A program made the position numbers and the translations under genes. A stretch of DNA of 64,000 nucleotides from a virus, in IMG/VR virus record IMGVR_UViG_3300025519_000001, positions 32,001 through 96,000 of that record. One strand, written 5' to 3'. This document shows positions 10,304-23,003 of this stretch, piece by piece (within the stretch, counting starts at the first letter, position 1; each line of letters opens with the position of its first letter). The notes below the pieces were generated by a model, which searched no databases, was not told the origin of the DNA, and saw only the letters and a program-made list of their open reading frames with translations.

Positions 10304-11023
10304 TTGAATATGAGAAGAAAGTACAACTATGAGGATTATCATAAATTGATTGGCGGTGTTCTGCTTAAAAAGTGCGCTTATCATAAAGATATATTTGGCG
10401 AAGAAAAATGGCTGCCGTGTACTGAAGAATATTTTTATCCAAACAATAAAAATAAAACCGATGGTTTGTATCCCGAATGTCGAGAGTGTTCTAAAGTCAA
10501 AGCAACAAAATGGAGAAAAGATAATCCTGAAAAATATAAAGCCATTGACATGAAAAGAAACGAAGATGAGCGCAGATACGAATTCCTTAGACAAAATTCA
10601 AGAAGAAGGCGGGAAAATAGACAGAAAAAAGAATGGGATGACAAGAACAAAGATAAGTTATTTAAATATGGAAGATCAAGGAGACAACGAAAAACTCATA
10701 TTATCACCGACTATCAGTGGAATCGTTGTAAAGAGTATTTTAATTTCGAATGTGCTTACTGCGGCTTGCATATAGACGATCATTATCAAAAATATGCTGG
10801 AAAGCTAAGGAAAACTGATTTTCATAAAGAACATGTAGATGATGATGGAAGTAACGGAATTGATAACTGTGTTCCAAGTTGTCTTGTTTGTAATAGCAGT
10901 AAACATACCGCAGATTTTGAACAGTGGTATTCTCCTGAAGGTCGAGGGAAAGAAGTTTATTCTGAGGAAAGAAAATTAAAAATATTAAAATGGATTACTG
11001 AAGATTACAAACGATATATATAG
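10304..11023 (+). CDS. HNH endonuclease with N-terminal Zn-binding region
   Basis: CAYCG...HKEHV...NCVPSCLVCNSSK. Confidence 0.85.
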   Translation: MNMRRKYNYEDYHKLIGGVLLKKCAYHKDIFGEEKWLPCTEEYFYPNNKNKTDGLYPECRECSKVKATKWRKDNPEKYKAIDMKRNEDERRYEFLRQNSRRRRENRQKKEWDDKNKDKLFKYGRSRRQRKTHIITDYQWNRCKEYFNFECAYCGLHIDDHYQKYAGKLRKTDFHKEHVDDDGSNGIDNCVPSCLVCNSSKHTADFEQWYSPEGRGKEVYSEERKLKILKWITEDYKRYI

Positions 11024-11065
11024 AATTACGATCAAATTAAGATTTTGTGAGGAATTCAAAAAGGA

Positions 11066-12499
11066 GTGAATTACATGTGTTTTGAAGATACAAGCACAAG
11101 CAATAATATATATTCAATCATGCAAGAAATTCAGCAAGTTCAAACAGAGATTGGAAGATTGCAATATCGTCTAATGCAATTGCAAATGAAGTTAGATGCT
11201 GAGTATAGCAAGAATGGTTGGAATAAGACTATTTACACAAAGGAAGATTATGCAATTCATAATGGAGGTTTTTAAATGGGAGTAGATTGGTACACATGTC
11301 AAAATTGTGGAAATGCATTTCATGATGCAGGACACTATGGACACTGTTCGAACTGCGAAGAAATGTATTGTGGGAAATGCTATGACAAGTTTGCTAGAAA
11401 GTACGGAGAAATTGATGAAGATCATGAACGTTATAGTTGGTATGGTGAAGCGCTTAAAGAATGCGATTGGTGCAATGGGACGAAGGTCGACGCTGATGAA
11501 CTGTTGGATTTTGCTTTAAAAAAACTTAATCTTACCGAACAGGAACTTAAAGATGAATATGTTTTAATGAAATATGGTAAATGAAAGGTAGATTTGATTG
11601 GAGGATAAGTATGAAAGTTATTTTAAATCGAAGACATTATGGAGTACATTCGCCAATTAAAGAAGCAATTATTGATGGTGAATTTACGGATTATTATTTG
11701 GGCGAAGATCAAATTAATGAAGAATTGTTACTGAAAAATCTTCCCGAAGGATTCCTTCCTGTAAGTCCAAGTAAGGTGCTATTGTCTGTGCAAAATGTAA
11801 GCAGCAAAACAGGAGATGTTATTGGCGCCACAGGACAGAGAGGATTGAAGAAATTCAAGAATTGGGCGAAGTATTTTGATGCATATAATCTTGAACTATG
11901 TAGAAAGTAAAACATGATGAATGTTAGTTTTTATTGGGAAGGGAGTAGTTAAATATGGCAGATAAAAGAGATGATTTTTTAAAGTGGGTTATGACTTTGC
12001 AAAGAATTGCTTCAAATACAGTGTTGGGGTATGAAAGATCACTCAGACAATATTTGACCGAAGAAGAATATAGAAATGCAGAATATTATTTTGATAGTCT
12101 CTATGTTGAAGATTTACCGAATATCCGGTAGTGCTAAATTCCAATCAAATATAGGGTTTGATAGGGAAAAGGGAAGGTGATTGATTGAATATCTGGGATA
12201 AAGAATCATTTGAAGTTGATTACCAAGGTAAAAAATATAGGTTTACAAAATTAGGAATTGATATTTCTGAAATTTGGGGCAAGCCACGCGGAACAGTTGA
12301 AGTTAGTCACAAAATTGAAAGTGATGGACTTCCTATAACTTTTTATATGATTACTGATCTTGAAGAAGGAACATTTGGTTTTGGACATAAGGTTGTCGAA
12401 AATGGGAAGGACAATGGACTATTCGTAACGTTGCAAGATGAAGTATTGTTTGAGCAACTTGCTACACTTGTTGGGTATATTGATGAAACCTACAATTAA
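11066..12499 (+). CDS. small hypothetical genes (11066-11275, 11276-11584 Zn-finger, ~11611-11910, 11955-12131, 12185-12499)
   Basis: Short ORFs with RBS, separated by the palindromic motif. Confidence 0.5.
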
Positions 12500-12549
12500 A
12501 TCACTATATAAGACGGATTTGATCAGGAAAGGAGACAGAGAGTGGACGA

Positions 12550-12914
12550 CTGGGAGTATCATACGATGACCCTCTAAAGAGTGGACACAAAAAATTCAAA
12601 CTGACTAAGAAGCAGCATAACGATCTGTTTCCCAAACGCAAACGACATTGGGCGGCAAGGTATGAATATTACTACAACGAACATCATGTTCTGATTCATC
12701 AGTTTACAAATTGGATTGGATGGGAATTACGATTTCCACAATTCTATTTCCGGTTTATGTTTTCATGTATGGTATCAAAGAAACTATGAGAGAATTCAAA
12801 AGGCTTTATCGAGAAAAGGAAACCGGAAGTTTTGTATCCGATCACGTATCAAGCGGAACAATGAAGTATAAAGAAATTATGAAGATAATCAGGGGAGATC
12901 AATATGAAATCTAA
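12550..12914 (+). pseudogene. membrane-protein gene frameshifted by a 5-bp duplication (TTGGA TTGGA at 12711-12720)
   Basis: Open frame from 12550 (…HQFTNW) joins the 12711-12914 frame (WMGITIS…) if one TTGGA is removed. Confidence 0.5.
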
Positions 12915-13129
12915 TAGAGTATATGTAATTAACTACAATATTCAATTAGAAAAAGTGCAGGAGAACAGAACGCTGTACTACAGTTTTGATGAGCGGCAAC
13001 AATTTATTCAGGAATATGCTCGATTAAGTCAACAATGGTACATAAGCGAACTGAAGGCTTATTACGCCGAATTACAAGAAGTAAATGTTCAACAAATGAT
13101 TGAAGCGATTTGAATGAAAGAGGGCTTTT

Positions 13130-13417
13130 ATGCAAAAAACAAAAGTAGTTAATAAACACCACAAAGTTCCCTATGACATCTATATAGGTCGAGGATCAAA
13201 ATGGGGAAACCCATTCTCACATATGGACGGTACAAAAGCAAAATATAAAGTTGAAACCAGAGAAGAAGCAATTGAAAAATATCGTGAATGGATTATGCAG
13301 CAACCAGAATTATTGAACAGTCTACACGAATTAAAAGGCAAGACACTATGTTGCTTCTGTAAACCAAAACCATGTCACGGAGATATTTTAGCTGAATTGG
13401 CGGATAAGTTGCCATAA
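13130..13417 (+). CDS. DUF4326-family protein
   Basis: YIGRGSKWGNPF...LKGKTLCCFCKPKPCHGDIL. Confidence 0.8.
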   Translation: MQKTKVVNKHHKVPYDIYIGRGSKWGNPFSHMDGTKAKYKVETREEAIEKYREWIMQQPELLNSLHELKGKTLCCFCKPKPCHGDILAELADKLP

Positions 13418-13454
13418 AAGTGTTTATGGTGGATTCCAATAAAAGATTGCATTA

Positions 13455-16172
13455 GTGGAGGTTATATACATGGTAAAACAAAAAGTATTGGGAAAAATTA
13501 CCCATGCAGAATTTGGACAGTATCCAGACAGACCATTTTTGTTTGGTTTACAGCTTTGTTTTGAATTTCCTAGTAGTGGGGTTGGTGATGGAGGAAGATA
13601 CGCGGTTAATATTAGTCCTGAATGCAGATGGGAAAAGTCAGAACGACAACAAGCAATCACTATAATGATTGAGCATGTGAATAAGATATTAACTGATGCT
13701 AAAGTAAATTATGTTTCTCAATTAAAGGGAAAGCCAGTTGAAGTAACGCTAGAAGGTAATATGTTTAAAGATTTTAGGATTTTGACTGAAGTATTGTGAT
13801 TATAGGAGGGGATTAAATATGCACTCATATATAGGTTTTCTTGCAGCAGAATTATATGCTGAAATTTCAGGAATGAATGCTGAAAATATGCAACGACAAG
13901 TATTAAGTCAATCGATGGCTTATACTGAGGAACAATATTTTAATGTACTTCAGGGCTATCGAGAGAAGTTAAAACAATACGAAGAAAATATGATGAGAGC
14001 ATCAAGCCGCTAGATAAAGTTATTCCATTGCGCGGTTCGATTACTAAGCGAAAGGAGAATAAAAATGGATAAATATAAACAATTAAATCTTGCACTTGAT
14101 CTACTCGAAATGATCGTCATTAAGAGTAAAAAATTAAATTTTGCATTCGAAAATAAAATTGATACTTGTGACTATTTTGATGATATTCTTGATAAAGTTT
14201 GGGACTTGGTAGGAGAAATGTCTGGAGTAGATGGCGATTATCGTGATGCAGTTTACGATACGTTATTCCAATTTCAAAATAAGGATATTGACAGGAATCA
14301 GTTTTTCGATGAACTTAGGGAGATTGTTAGCGAGATGGAAAGGGATATGCGAGGTTTAAATGAGTCCATTTAAGAAATTACTTGAATTAGCAAAATCTCA
14401 TGAAGAAAAAGAAGGATTCTCAAAAATGATTCAGATGATGCTTTGTCTAAGAAAACATGAAAGGTTAAGGAGTATAATAAAATGAATAAATATTGTCCGT
14501 GTTGTGGGCAGGAAATTATTCGAGAAATTAATATTGGTGATTATGTTTTGGTTAATAGAAATGTAGATAGTATATACAGTAAATACATTGGTAGACAAGG
14601 AAACATTGTTGATAAAAATGATGATAACTCATATACCGTTAGACTTCCAGAAGAAGATATTTATATTTTTGACCATGAATTTGATTTAATCTAACAATGA
14701 AACGATTATTTCACGAGGGGACGAGAGAAGATGATTATTATTGTATCAATTTATTTATTAACAGTTTTACTATCAATTTTACTTTTTAGGAAAGTCATTC
14801 AGAAAGTAGAGTATGCGCCTGTTGGATTTGCGTTATTTGTAAGCCTAATTCCAATTATAAATTTGCCTAGTGCAATAATTATATTTTTGTCAGAAGTTGG
14901 TGACATTGACGTATGGTTGAAAAGGTATATATTCTTTATTAAAGATTAAAAATTCATTTTTATGAAGGGACGAGATAATCATTATTCCATTAATCGGAGA
15001 ATCTTATGTTTATACAGGGAAAGATAATGAATGTCACAAAAACGGTCATACGTATTATGTCATTGAAACAGGACAGCATTGGAATAAAGAATACGGTTCT
15101 GGTATTTGGATGACGACAGAAGAATATCCGAATACTACAGATATTGATTATGGGTGTTTTTGGGGTATAGGTTCATTCAAAAAGAATTTTCGGAAATATT
15201 AAGATGATTAAACTATTCTTTTAGAAGTTGATAAAAAAGATATGAAAATTGAATATTTATTTTGTATAAAGGAGAAATGCTAATGCCAATTATAACAAAA
15301 GACAATGTAAAATATCTTCAATTCGGCTACGGAGATATTTTTGTAGGAGATGCAAAAGATAAAGAAACTGGAAAAGTATTTGGCGCAGTTTTCATTCAAT
15401 CTGAGCCTAGAGACATTGGAGTCTATATTGAGAATACAGAAGGGCGGCTATTAGACGAATTGGATACTCATGTGATAATGCAATTTGATGATATTAAATC
15501 GTTAGATGTAGTAATTGAAGTATTGCAAGAAATTAGAAATGAAATGCAAATGCAGGGTATTGGATATTAATTACATAAGAAAAAAGTATGTTCAAATCTG
15601 TGTTTTGTGGAGGGAGTAAATGAAAATTATTACACTTAGAACTGTAGACAAGGACGGAAATATTGTTAAAGAATCTAGTTTACATTTGAAAGAAGGGTCG
15701 ATTCTAGTGATGCGTCCTCCCGAAGAGATGGGATCTTCTGATATTGGAAAATTACACGAATGTATGTCAAAAGCATTGGAAGCAGATATGCCATTTATTA
15801 CCGTAAATCCCAGAATTAAATTTCAGATACTAGAAGTTCAATGAAGATTAAAAGTAAAAATTGTGAAGGGAAATTATTAGAAGAGTGTATATGACAAAGT
15901 ATCATACAAAACCACAACGAGTTCGGTTTAAGTCTCAAAGAGAAATTGTCGATGAACAAAGACAAGAGAGAATAGAAATACTCAGTAAACTGTATGAAAA
16001 AGAAAAGTTAAATTTTTTTTCAAACGTCCTAACCTTTGAGTGGAGTGAATTAGATGGTAAGATACTTCAAATTCATGTTGTCGAATCCAAAGACGAATTA
16101 ATTGTTTTTGGAATAAATTCTGATGGGAAGTGCTATGTACTGTATAGCAAAGTCATTCCAGAATGTGATTAA
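13455..16172 (+). CDS. run of about nine small hypothetical genes (incl. 13455-13799, 13819-14013, 14065-14373, 14482-14694, 14731-14949, 14981-15202 ATT start, 15262-15570, 15620-15844, 15885-16172)
   Basis: ORF track, RBS sites; 14981-15202 is a 73-aa frame missed by the track. Confidence 0.55.
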
Positions 16173-16199
16173 TTCATGGGAATTGGGAGCGTGAAATAA

Positions 16200-17033
16200 A
16201 TAGTAAAACTACAACCTGTAATTAAATGGACTGGAAGCAAAAGAAGTCAGGCTGATTATATTGTAAGTAAGTTTCCAAGAGTGATTGAAACTTATTATGA
16301 ACCTTTTGTCGGTGGAGCAAGTGTATTATATAAACTTCTACATACTGATATAAAAGTGAAAAATGATTATATATGTAGTGATATAAATAGTGATTTAATC
16401 TCTCTGTGGAATGCGATTAAAGATTTTCCTAAAGACTTAATAGATGCATATTTTGAAATGTGGAATGAATTAAATCGTGATAATTATATTGAACGAAGAA
16501 AAGAATATTTTTATTCGATTAGGAGGAGATTTAACCAACATCGAGAGCCAAGTGATTTCTTATTTCTAAGCAGAACTTGTACAAATGGTTTAATACGATA
16601 TAACTCTAAAGGCGAATTTAATACATCGTTGCATTTTACTCGTACAGGAATTATGCCAGAATCTCTAGCACAAATAATTATAGATTGGCATAATAAGTTG
16701 AATAAATTTGATGTTCAATTTATTTGTAGAGATTATCAAACAGTTATTACAAAAGAAAATGATTTTATTTATCTAGATCCTCCATATGCAGGAACAAAAG
16801 GGGTGTATTACGGAAGTATTAATTATGAATCAATGTGGGAGTGGTTACGAAAACAAAAAGGAAATTATATTTTGAGTTTCAATGGTACTTGCGGTAATGA
16901 GAACAGAACTTTTGATGTTCCCAAAGATATATATAATGAGCATGATTATTCATATAGTGGATGCAGTAGCTTTAAGAGAATTAAAGAAAAGGGAACACAA
17001 TACGTAAACGAAAGTTTATACATAAAATTATGA
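16200..17033 (+). CDS. Dam-family (D12 class) DNA adenine methyltransferase, probable ATA start
   Basis: Upstream in-frame VIKWTGSKR motif X, EPFVGGAS motif I, YLDPPY motif IV; in-frame TAA at 16197 forces start at ATA 16200 or later. Confidence 0.85.
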   Translation: MVKLQPVIKWTGSKRSQADYIVSKFPRVIETYYEPFVGGASVLYKLLHTDIKVKNDYICSDINSDLISLWNAIKDFPKDLIDAYFEMWNELNRDNYIERRKEYFYSIRRRFNQHREPSDFLFLSRTCTNGLIRYNSKGEFNTSLHFTRTGIMPESLAQIIIDWHNKLNKFDVQFICRDYQTVITKENDFIYLDPPYAGTKGVYYGSINYESMWEWLRKQKGNYILSFNGTCGNENRTFDVPKDIYNEHDYSYSGCSSFKRIKEKGTQYVNESLYIKL

Positions 17034-17064
17034 TGAAATTTCATTTTTAGGGGAGTATCAAAAT

Positions 17065-18676
17065 ATGAATAAAAAAGTTCAAATCATTGAACATAAACCA
17101 ACAGGAACATTTTGGGTCAATGATTCTAATTGGCAAATACGTATCAAAGAAGAAGCATACAATCTAGGAGAGATTGAGTACGATACAGAGGATGTTTTTG
17201 CTGTTAAAGAGTATATGCATAAGATTGGATATGAATTATGTAGAAGAAAAGAACTACCTATGTCCATTTTAGGTTTAAGTAAATTAACCCCAGAAGAACT
17301 AAAAGAAATGATTGATAAAGCGAAAAACAACGAGGAAAAAGTATTGATCAGTTTAGAATAAAAATAAAATTATTCTTTCATGGAGGAGTGGGGTGAAGTA
17401 TTTGAAAGATATATTGATTAAAATTGATCAAAATTGCGAAATGCTTGAAATCTACGAAGGTGAAAAACGTTTGTTCGTCGGTAATTATTGGGATTTTAAT
17501 CGACCAAATGATATTGTAAAACTGTTAGGCAAACTGGGACATAATGTGGTAGTACAAGAATATAAATTCGAATGAAATCTGTATTTCATGGGGGTTAGCA
17601 TAGAAATGAAAGAACATAGTAGACGAAAATCACTAAATACGCATGAGGCAAGATTGCGTAGCGAATTGCTTGAGTATGTGGAGATCATTAAGACGATCCT
17701 TGATAGGAGTTATGGGAAAGAAGTTGTCTTTTACGAAGATGGAAGGTGGTATTCCAGAGATCATTGTAGGTATATCAGCATAGATGAACTAGCGGAGTAC
17801 ATATATGATGTAACTAAGCGTAGTAGTGCATATTAAAGTTGGTAATCACCCTTTAAAATGGAATTTGGCAAAGAAATACTGTTTGTTAATAATAAGATTG
17901 TGCTCGTAAAATGACAATAAAAACTATCCATTTTATTAAGAAGGGGCGAGTTAGGTGAAAGAAGATTTAGTTGATTATATCAAACAAAAGATTTCACAAG
18001 CAGAGAAGAAGGTCACTTTTTACGAAGAGGGACATGGCGATAATCCAACAGAAACGTATGGCTATTATGGTGGATGGAGATTAGGTTATTGGGAAGGTAG
18101 AATTGCTGCCTTCGAAGATATTTTGTTTAAAATCGAAGCTGGTAAATAAAAGTTTATATCTTATAAGGAGAAAGATAAATGAAAGTTTATATTGTAACTT
18201 CTGGTTGTTACTCAGAATATCGTATTGAGAAAGTGTTCACGAATAGAGAAAAAGCAGAGAAATACGTTTTATTCCATTCGGGCGGATATGATGAACCAAA
18301 AATTGAGGAATATGAAACAGAAGGAGATTTTGATTTTTATCAAATCAAATACTTTTATGCGCGGTATGAAGTGGATGAAGGAGAAGAAAAATTTCATATG
18401 AATTTTAATTTCACAACATCACTAGACACATCAGAAGAAGAAGCATCAGACACATATTATTTCGAATATTCGAGAGATCATAAGTGCTTAATTATCAAGC
18501 GTGTCATACGAAGTGAATCATATGACGAATCCGCTCTTGAAAATAAATACAAGCAAGTGTGTCGGGATTTGTATTCAAAAATTAAATCTCTAAGGGAAAT
18601 CGAAGGGTGGGACGAAAAGATGGTTCAAAAGTGGCTGAATGAAAACGCTAAAAAATATGTTCCTGAATTTGAATGA
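17065..18676 (+). CDS. five hypothetical genes (17065-17361, 17393-17575, 17588-17836, 17955-18149, 18179-18676)
   Basis: ORF track; junctions marked by palindromic motif. Confidence 0.55.
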
Positions 18677-18709
18677 AAACGTGATTTTATTTTAAAAGGA
18701 GAATGATAA

Positions 18710-19225
18710 ATGGCAAGTCTATATACATTAGCAAGTCAATACGCTGAACTTGAGAACCTAGCAAATGATACGTTAGAAAATGATGAAGGGGTAGATGAAG
18801 ACACTCTTCAGATGTTCATCGATACGCTCGATGCTATTCAAGATAGTATGGAGAGCAAAATTGAGAACATCGGAAAATTCATTAAGAATTTGGAAGGCGA
18901 TATTGCGGCGTTTAAGGCCGAAGAAAAGCGTCTTTCCGCTCGTCGTAAAGCAATGGAAAATAAAGTGGAGCGACTTAAGACGTACACAAAAGAAATGCTT
19001 GAGTTGGCTGGAAAAGAAAAAATTCAGGCAGGTATTTTTAATGTAAGATTGCAAAAGAACAATCCATCTGTTGTAATTTTAGACGAATCTAAGATTCCTG
19101 AACAGTATCGTATTAAGCAACCTGATAAAATCGCCAATGCCGAGATTCTAAAGGCTCTGAAAGAAGGACGAACGGTTGCAGGTGCAACACTTGCACCAGA
19201 ATCAAAACATATTCGTTTCAGTTAA
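18710..19225 (+). CDS. Siphovirus Gp157-family protein
   Basis: LYTLASQY...KIENIGKFIKNLEGD..AFKAEEKRL..RRK, PSVVILDESKIP. Confidence 0.85.
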   Translation: MASLYTLASQYAELENLANDTLENDEGVDEDTLQMFIDTLDAIQDSMESKIENIGKFIKNLEGDIAAFKAEEKRLSARRKAMENKVERLKTYTKEMLELAGKEKIQAGIFNVRLQKNNPSVVILDESKIPEQYRIKQPDKIANAEILKALKEGRTVAGATLAPESKHIRFS

Positions 19226-19245
19226 AGTAAAAATTGCAAGAGTTA

Positions 19246-19275
19246 TTGACTTTTAAAAGTAAAAAATGATATATT
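19246..19275 (+). promoter_or_regulatory. sigmaA-type promoter upstream of replication operon
   Basis: TTGACT-N18-TATATT with TG. Confidence 0.65.
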
Positions 19276-19350
19276 TAAATAGAACCTTTATGGCGTCATC
19301 TAAAGTGTTTTGGATGACGCTCATTATAAATTAATAAGGGGGTATCAACT

Positions 19351-19773
19351 ATTTTTGCTTACATAAAGGGAGAAGATGAGCATTTTGTATTCGAGCGCTT
19401 TTCAAATCGAAAAGACGCAAATGCATGGTTACAAGAAGAATTAAAATTATATTGTATTTGTTATGATAAATCAAATGTTGAATATGACGTTCTGACAGAT
19501 AGAGAATTTAAAAAGAAGTTTTCTGACGGTGATTATTTAAAGTATCTATCTTGGAGAAGGCTTGGAAATCAATTAAGATGGAGAATTAAAGAATCACATA
19601 ATTCGGAAACAGAGCCACAATTGATTTCGGATCAGGATGTTTTAATGGACTCACGCGGAAGCATAATGAACCACCAGAAACTAAGACAACTATATTTGGA
19701 CAGACGCGGGAAAAACACGCCCGAAATGTCGCACAGTGAACTTATTAATGACGTGACTGGAGATGAATATTAA
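19351..19773 (+). CDS. hypothetical protein (140 aa), ATT start
   Basis: Stop-free frame after RBS AAGGGGGT; not in ORF track. Confidence 0.6.
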   Translation: MFAYIKGEDEHFVFERFSNRKDANAWLQEELKLYCICYDKSNVEYDVLTDREFKKKFSDGDYLKYLSWRRLGNQLRWRIKESHNSETEPQLISDQDVLMDSRGSIMNHQKLRQLYLDRRGKNTPEMSHSELINDVTGDEY

Positions 19774-19798
19774 GAATGACTGCGGGTGGTGATTAAAA

Positions 19799-20404
19799 AT
19801 CGCACGTCCAGTTAAATGTAGGTCATGTTTGCAGTTTGATGATAAAACCAAAATGATCAAAACAGAAAAAGATGGATATTTTCACGAAGGAGAATGTTAT
19901 CAAAAATATCTCGATCATAAAGAATTTACAAAAAAAGAAAACGAGGAATGGGACGAATTATATCAATATATAAAGAAATTACATAATGTAGTGGTTGTAC
20001 CACCAGCAAATGTTGTACGACTACAAGCTCTTAGGAACGGAAATGACCTTAAGAAAGGAAAACCATACAAGCGTTATAAGATGGGTGCAGAATATTCATT
20101 AATGTTAGAAGCGTATTTGCTTGCGGAAGATGAGATAAAAAAAAGTATAGCTACAAAATTAAAAGATAGTAATGATGTTAGTGCAATTAATTATTGTATT
20201 TCTATTATGACTAATAAACTAAACCAGGCATGGAAAAATAGACAAAAAGCAAAAGAAGCGAAAGAAGAAAATAAAAAATTAGAAAGGAAAATAGAAGAAA
20301 TGTCAGATGTAGTAAAAAAAATGAGAGAGGTTCAGCAAAATTTGATTTCCGTTTCTAAAAACAATGACGAAAATGAAATAGATATTACGACGCTACTTGA
20401 TTAA
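19799..20404 (+). CDS. YorH-like replication protein (possible helicase loader), probable ATC start
   Basis: In-frame ARPVKCRSC Zn motif upstream of annotated TTG, later HEGEC; located before helicase and primase. Confidence 0.6.
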   Translation: MARPVKCRSCLQFDDKTKMIKTEKDGYFHEGECYQKYLDHKEFTKKENEEWDELYQYIKKLHNVVVVPPANVVRLQALRNGNDLKKGKPYKRYKMGAEYSLMLEAYLLAEDEIKKSIATKLKDSNDVSAINYCISIMTNKLNQAWKNRQKAKEAKEENKKLERKIEEMSDVVKKMREVQQNLISVSKNNDENEIDITTLLD

Positions 20405-21956
20405 TATAGAAGGGGGGGGGATTTTTATTCAAGACGTTACAGAGTCTAAAATTAAAGATATAGCAACTGAATTACTTGTATTGGGCAGTTTGTATACCAA
20501 TCATGATTTACTTTTGGAATATGGTGAATTACTAAAAGAACAATATGATTTTTCAGAACCAACTACAAAATTTTTGTTTAACTCTATAAGCGAGTTACAT
20601 TATCAATATCCTGACACAGAAATTACAGAAACCAAAGTAAACATATACATGAATCAAGATCCAGAGCGAAAAAAGAAATATGATGCCTTAAAGGGATATT
20701 CCTACATAGAACGTATCAAAAAGCTTGTTGATTTAAATGATTTTCCTACATACTACGAAAAATTAAAAAAGTTTTCATTGTTACGTGAATATGAACGCAA
20801 AGGATTTCCTGCACAAAAAATTTACGAAAAGAATAATTTCGAAAAATTAACTTGTGAAGATATTGTTCGGGCAATGGAATACCAAGCTTCAAAAATAGGA
20901 ACTATAATTGGTGGTTTAAAAGAAAGTATTATCTTAGGTAAGAATATGGTTTCAAAAGTTGCCCAATGGAAGCAAAAACCCGATGTTGGACTATCAATAC
21001 CTTTTGAAATCATTAACATGCTTATGCGTGGTTTAAGAAACAAAAAGCTTACAATGTTCGGAATGCATTCGGGGTGTGGTAAATCAAGGACTACATCAAA
21101 GATTGCTTGTTACTTAGGCATTCTTCATCAAATTCCTGTTTGGGTAGGGGCAAACGAACAAGATGAAGATGAATGGGATGCAATGGTTATTAGTTGTGTT
21201 ATTAATAATCCCGAATTTGGATTTCAAAATGAGTTATATCGTCGAGGGTTAAATGGAATTGATGAAACTAAAATTGTAACTGGTGCTTACAATGAACTTG
21301 AAGAAGAAGTAATTTTAATGGCTGCTGAATTTATTGAGAAAAATAGCAAGATATATTTCTCTGAACTTGAATCGTTCAGCGAGAATGATATTAGACGTGA
21401 AATTAAGATTCATCAACTAAAGGGCTGTCAGCTTGCAATATACGATACAATGAAAGCCCCTGATCATGATTGGATGTCTTTTGTAAAAACAGCAGATATG
21501 TTAAAGGAAATCGCAAAGAAACTTAATATCCCTATCTGGACTACATTTCAATTAACCGATGATAGTTTGTTTAACGAATTACTTACAAGTCAAGCCATTG
21601 CAAATGGCAAACACATTAAACACGTAGCAGATCATCTTTTAATGGCACGACCGTTATTTGGAGATGAATATGATAAATATAAAATATTAAATCCAAATGG
21701 TTTTTCTGGAACTGAGCAATTAAATTTAAGACGTGATGAAACTTATTATGTTGTATTTGTTGATAAGAATCGTGGAGGAAAAGACAAGGATCGAATTTGT
21801 TTAAGAGTTGATAAAGGAAAAAATATGTGGATTGAAGAAGGTTATTTAATTCTCTCCGAGGACGAAAAGGAATTAAAAAGGATTAAACGTGAACACAAAA
21901 AATTAAAACAAGAAAAAGAGGTACGTAAACTCAAAGCGGAACTTGGGAAGGAATAG
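20397..21956 (+). CDS. DnaB-like replicative helicase
   Basis: Walker A GMHSGCGKS, IYDTMK, TFQL, DKNRGG. Confidence 0.85.
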   Translation: MINIEGGGIFIQDVTESKIKDIATELLVLGSLYTNHDLLLEYGELLKEQYDFSEPTTKFLFNSISELHYQYPDTEITETKVNIYMNQDPERKKKYDALKGYSYIERIKKLVDLNDFPTYYEKLKKFSLLREYERKGFPAQKIYEKNNFEKLTCEDIVRAMEYQASKIGTIIGGLKESIILGKNMVSKVAQWKQKPDVGLSIPFEIINMLMRGLRNKKLTMFGMHSGCGKSRTTSKIACYLGILHQIPVWVGANEQDEDEWDAMVISCVINNPEFGFQNELYRRGLNGIDETKIVTGAYNELEEEVILMAAEFIEKNSKIYFSELESFSENDIRREIKIHQLKGCQLAIYDTMKAPDHDWMSFVKTADMLKEIAKKLNIPIWTTFQLTDDSLFNELLTSQAIANGKHIKHVADHLLMARPLFGDEYDKYKILNPNGFSGTEQLNLRRDETYYVVFVDKNRGGKDKDRICLRVDKGKNMWIEEGYLILSEDEKELKRIKREHKKLKQEKEVRKLKAELGKE

Positions 21957-21970
21957 GGAAGTGATTCGAA

Positions 21971-22984
21971 ATTGATGCTCAAGTCCTGAAGGAAAAAATT
22001 AAAGAAGACGATAAGGTAGAACTTATTTTAGAAGCATTAGGTTGCCATCACATTAAGCGAAGCAAAAATTGTTTTACTGCTGCTAATCCAGACGGAGATA
22101 ATAAAACGGCAATTAATGTTTTTTATGATACATTAGTTACACTTAACCACACAAGATCCGATTTTCCAGAGAGAGCAAGCATTATCGATCTTGTGTGCTA
22201 TATAAAAAAAATATATTTTACTCATGCTATTAATTGGATTTGCGAGGTTTGTGGATATGATTTTTATGATTCTACATATAAAGAAGAAGAGCTAGATCCA
22301 TGCTTGCTAATACTTGATCAAATAGAAGCATCAAGTTATAAACAACAAGAGTTTCCGTTATTAAAACATAACAATAAGATCCTTCTTGAATATATAGATT
22401 ATCCTAATAGTTGGTTTATCGAAGAAGGTATTTCTTATGATGTTCAAAAAATGTTTGAAGTCGGTTTTTCTAAAAGAGACGATTGTATAACGCTTCCTAT
22501 ACGGGATGAACTAGGAAACCTTGTGGGAGTAAAAGGGAGGACAATTCTTCATGATGATGGTGGAAGAAAGTATTGGTATATATATCCTGTTCCCAAAAGT
22601 AAAATATTATACGGACTTGATAAGTCGTTAAAATTTATCAAAGAACAAGGTGAAGTTATTGTTTATGAGTCAGAAAAAAGTGTGTTAAAGTCATGGTCAA
22701 TGGGTTTTTGTCATTGTGTGAGTATTGGCGGTCATGAAATTAGCGACACTCAAGTTCTAAAACTTGAGAAATTAGGTGTTGATATTATTCTGGCATTTGA
22801 TAAAGATATTTCTCCAAAGGAAGTAAAAAAACAAGCAGATAAATTTATTTTAAAAGATTCTCTTTATGCGATTATTCCCAATAAGCACAAAGCTTTATTG
22901 GGCGAAAAAGATGCTCCAGTTGATCGAGGAATAGATGTTTTTATTAAGCTCTATACAGAAGATAAATATAAAATACCGAAATGA
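21971..22984 (+). CDS. DNA primase (TOPRIM), probable ATT start
   Basis: GVKGR, LYGL, VYESEKSV, LAFDKD motifs; frame open 74 codons upstream of annotated start, back to ATT after stop at 21962. Confidence 0.85.
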   Translation: MDAQVLKEKIKEDDKVELILEALGCHHIKRSKNCFTAANPDGDNKTAINVFYDTLVTLNHTRSDFPERASIIDLVCYIKKIYFTHAINWICEVCGYDFYDSTYKEEELDPCLLILDQIEASSYKQQEFPLLKHNNKILLEYIDYPNSWFIEEGISYDVQKMFEVGFSKRDDCITLPIRDELGNLVGVKGRTILHDDGGRKYWYIYPVPKSKILYGLDKSLKFIKEQGEVIVYESEKSVLKSWSMGFCHCVSIGGHEISDTQVLKLEKLGVDIILAFDKDISPKEVKKQADKFILKDSLYAIIPNKHKALLGEKDAPVDRGIDVFIKLYTEDKYKIPK

Positions 22985-23003
22985 AGGATGGTTAAATTAA
23001 ATT

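Noticed and set aside
20412-20420. G9 tract as a phase-variation switch in the helicase
   Set aside because: More simply the RBS for an ATT start at 20427
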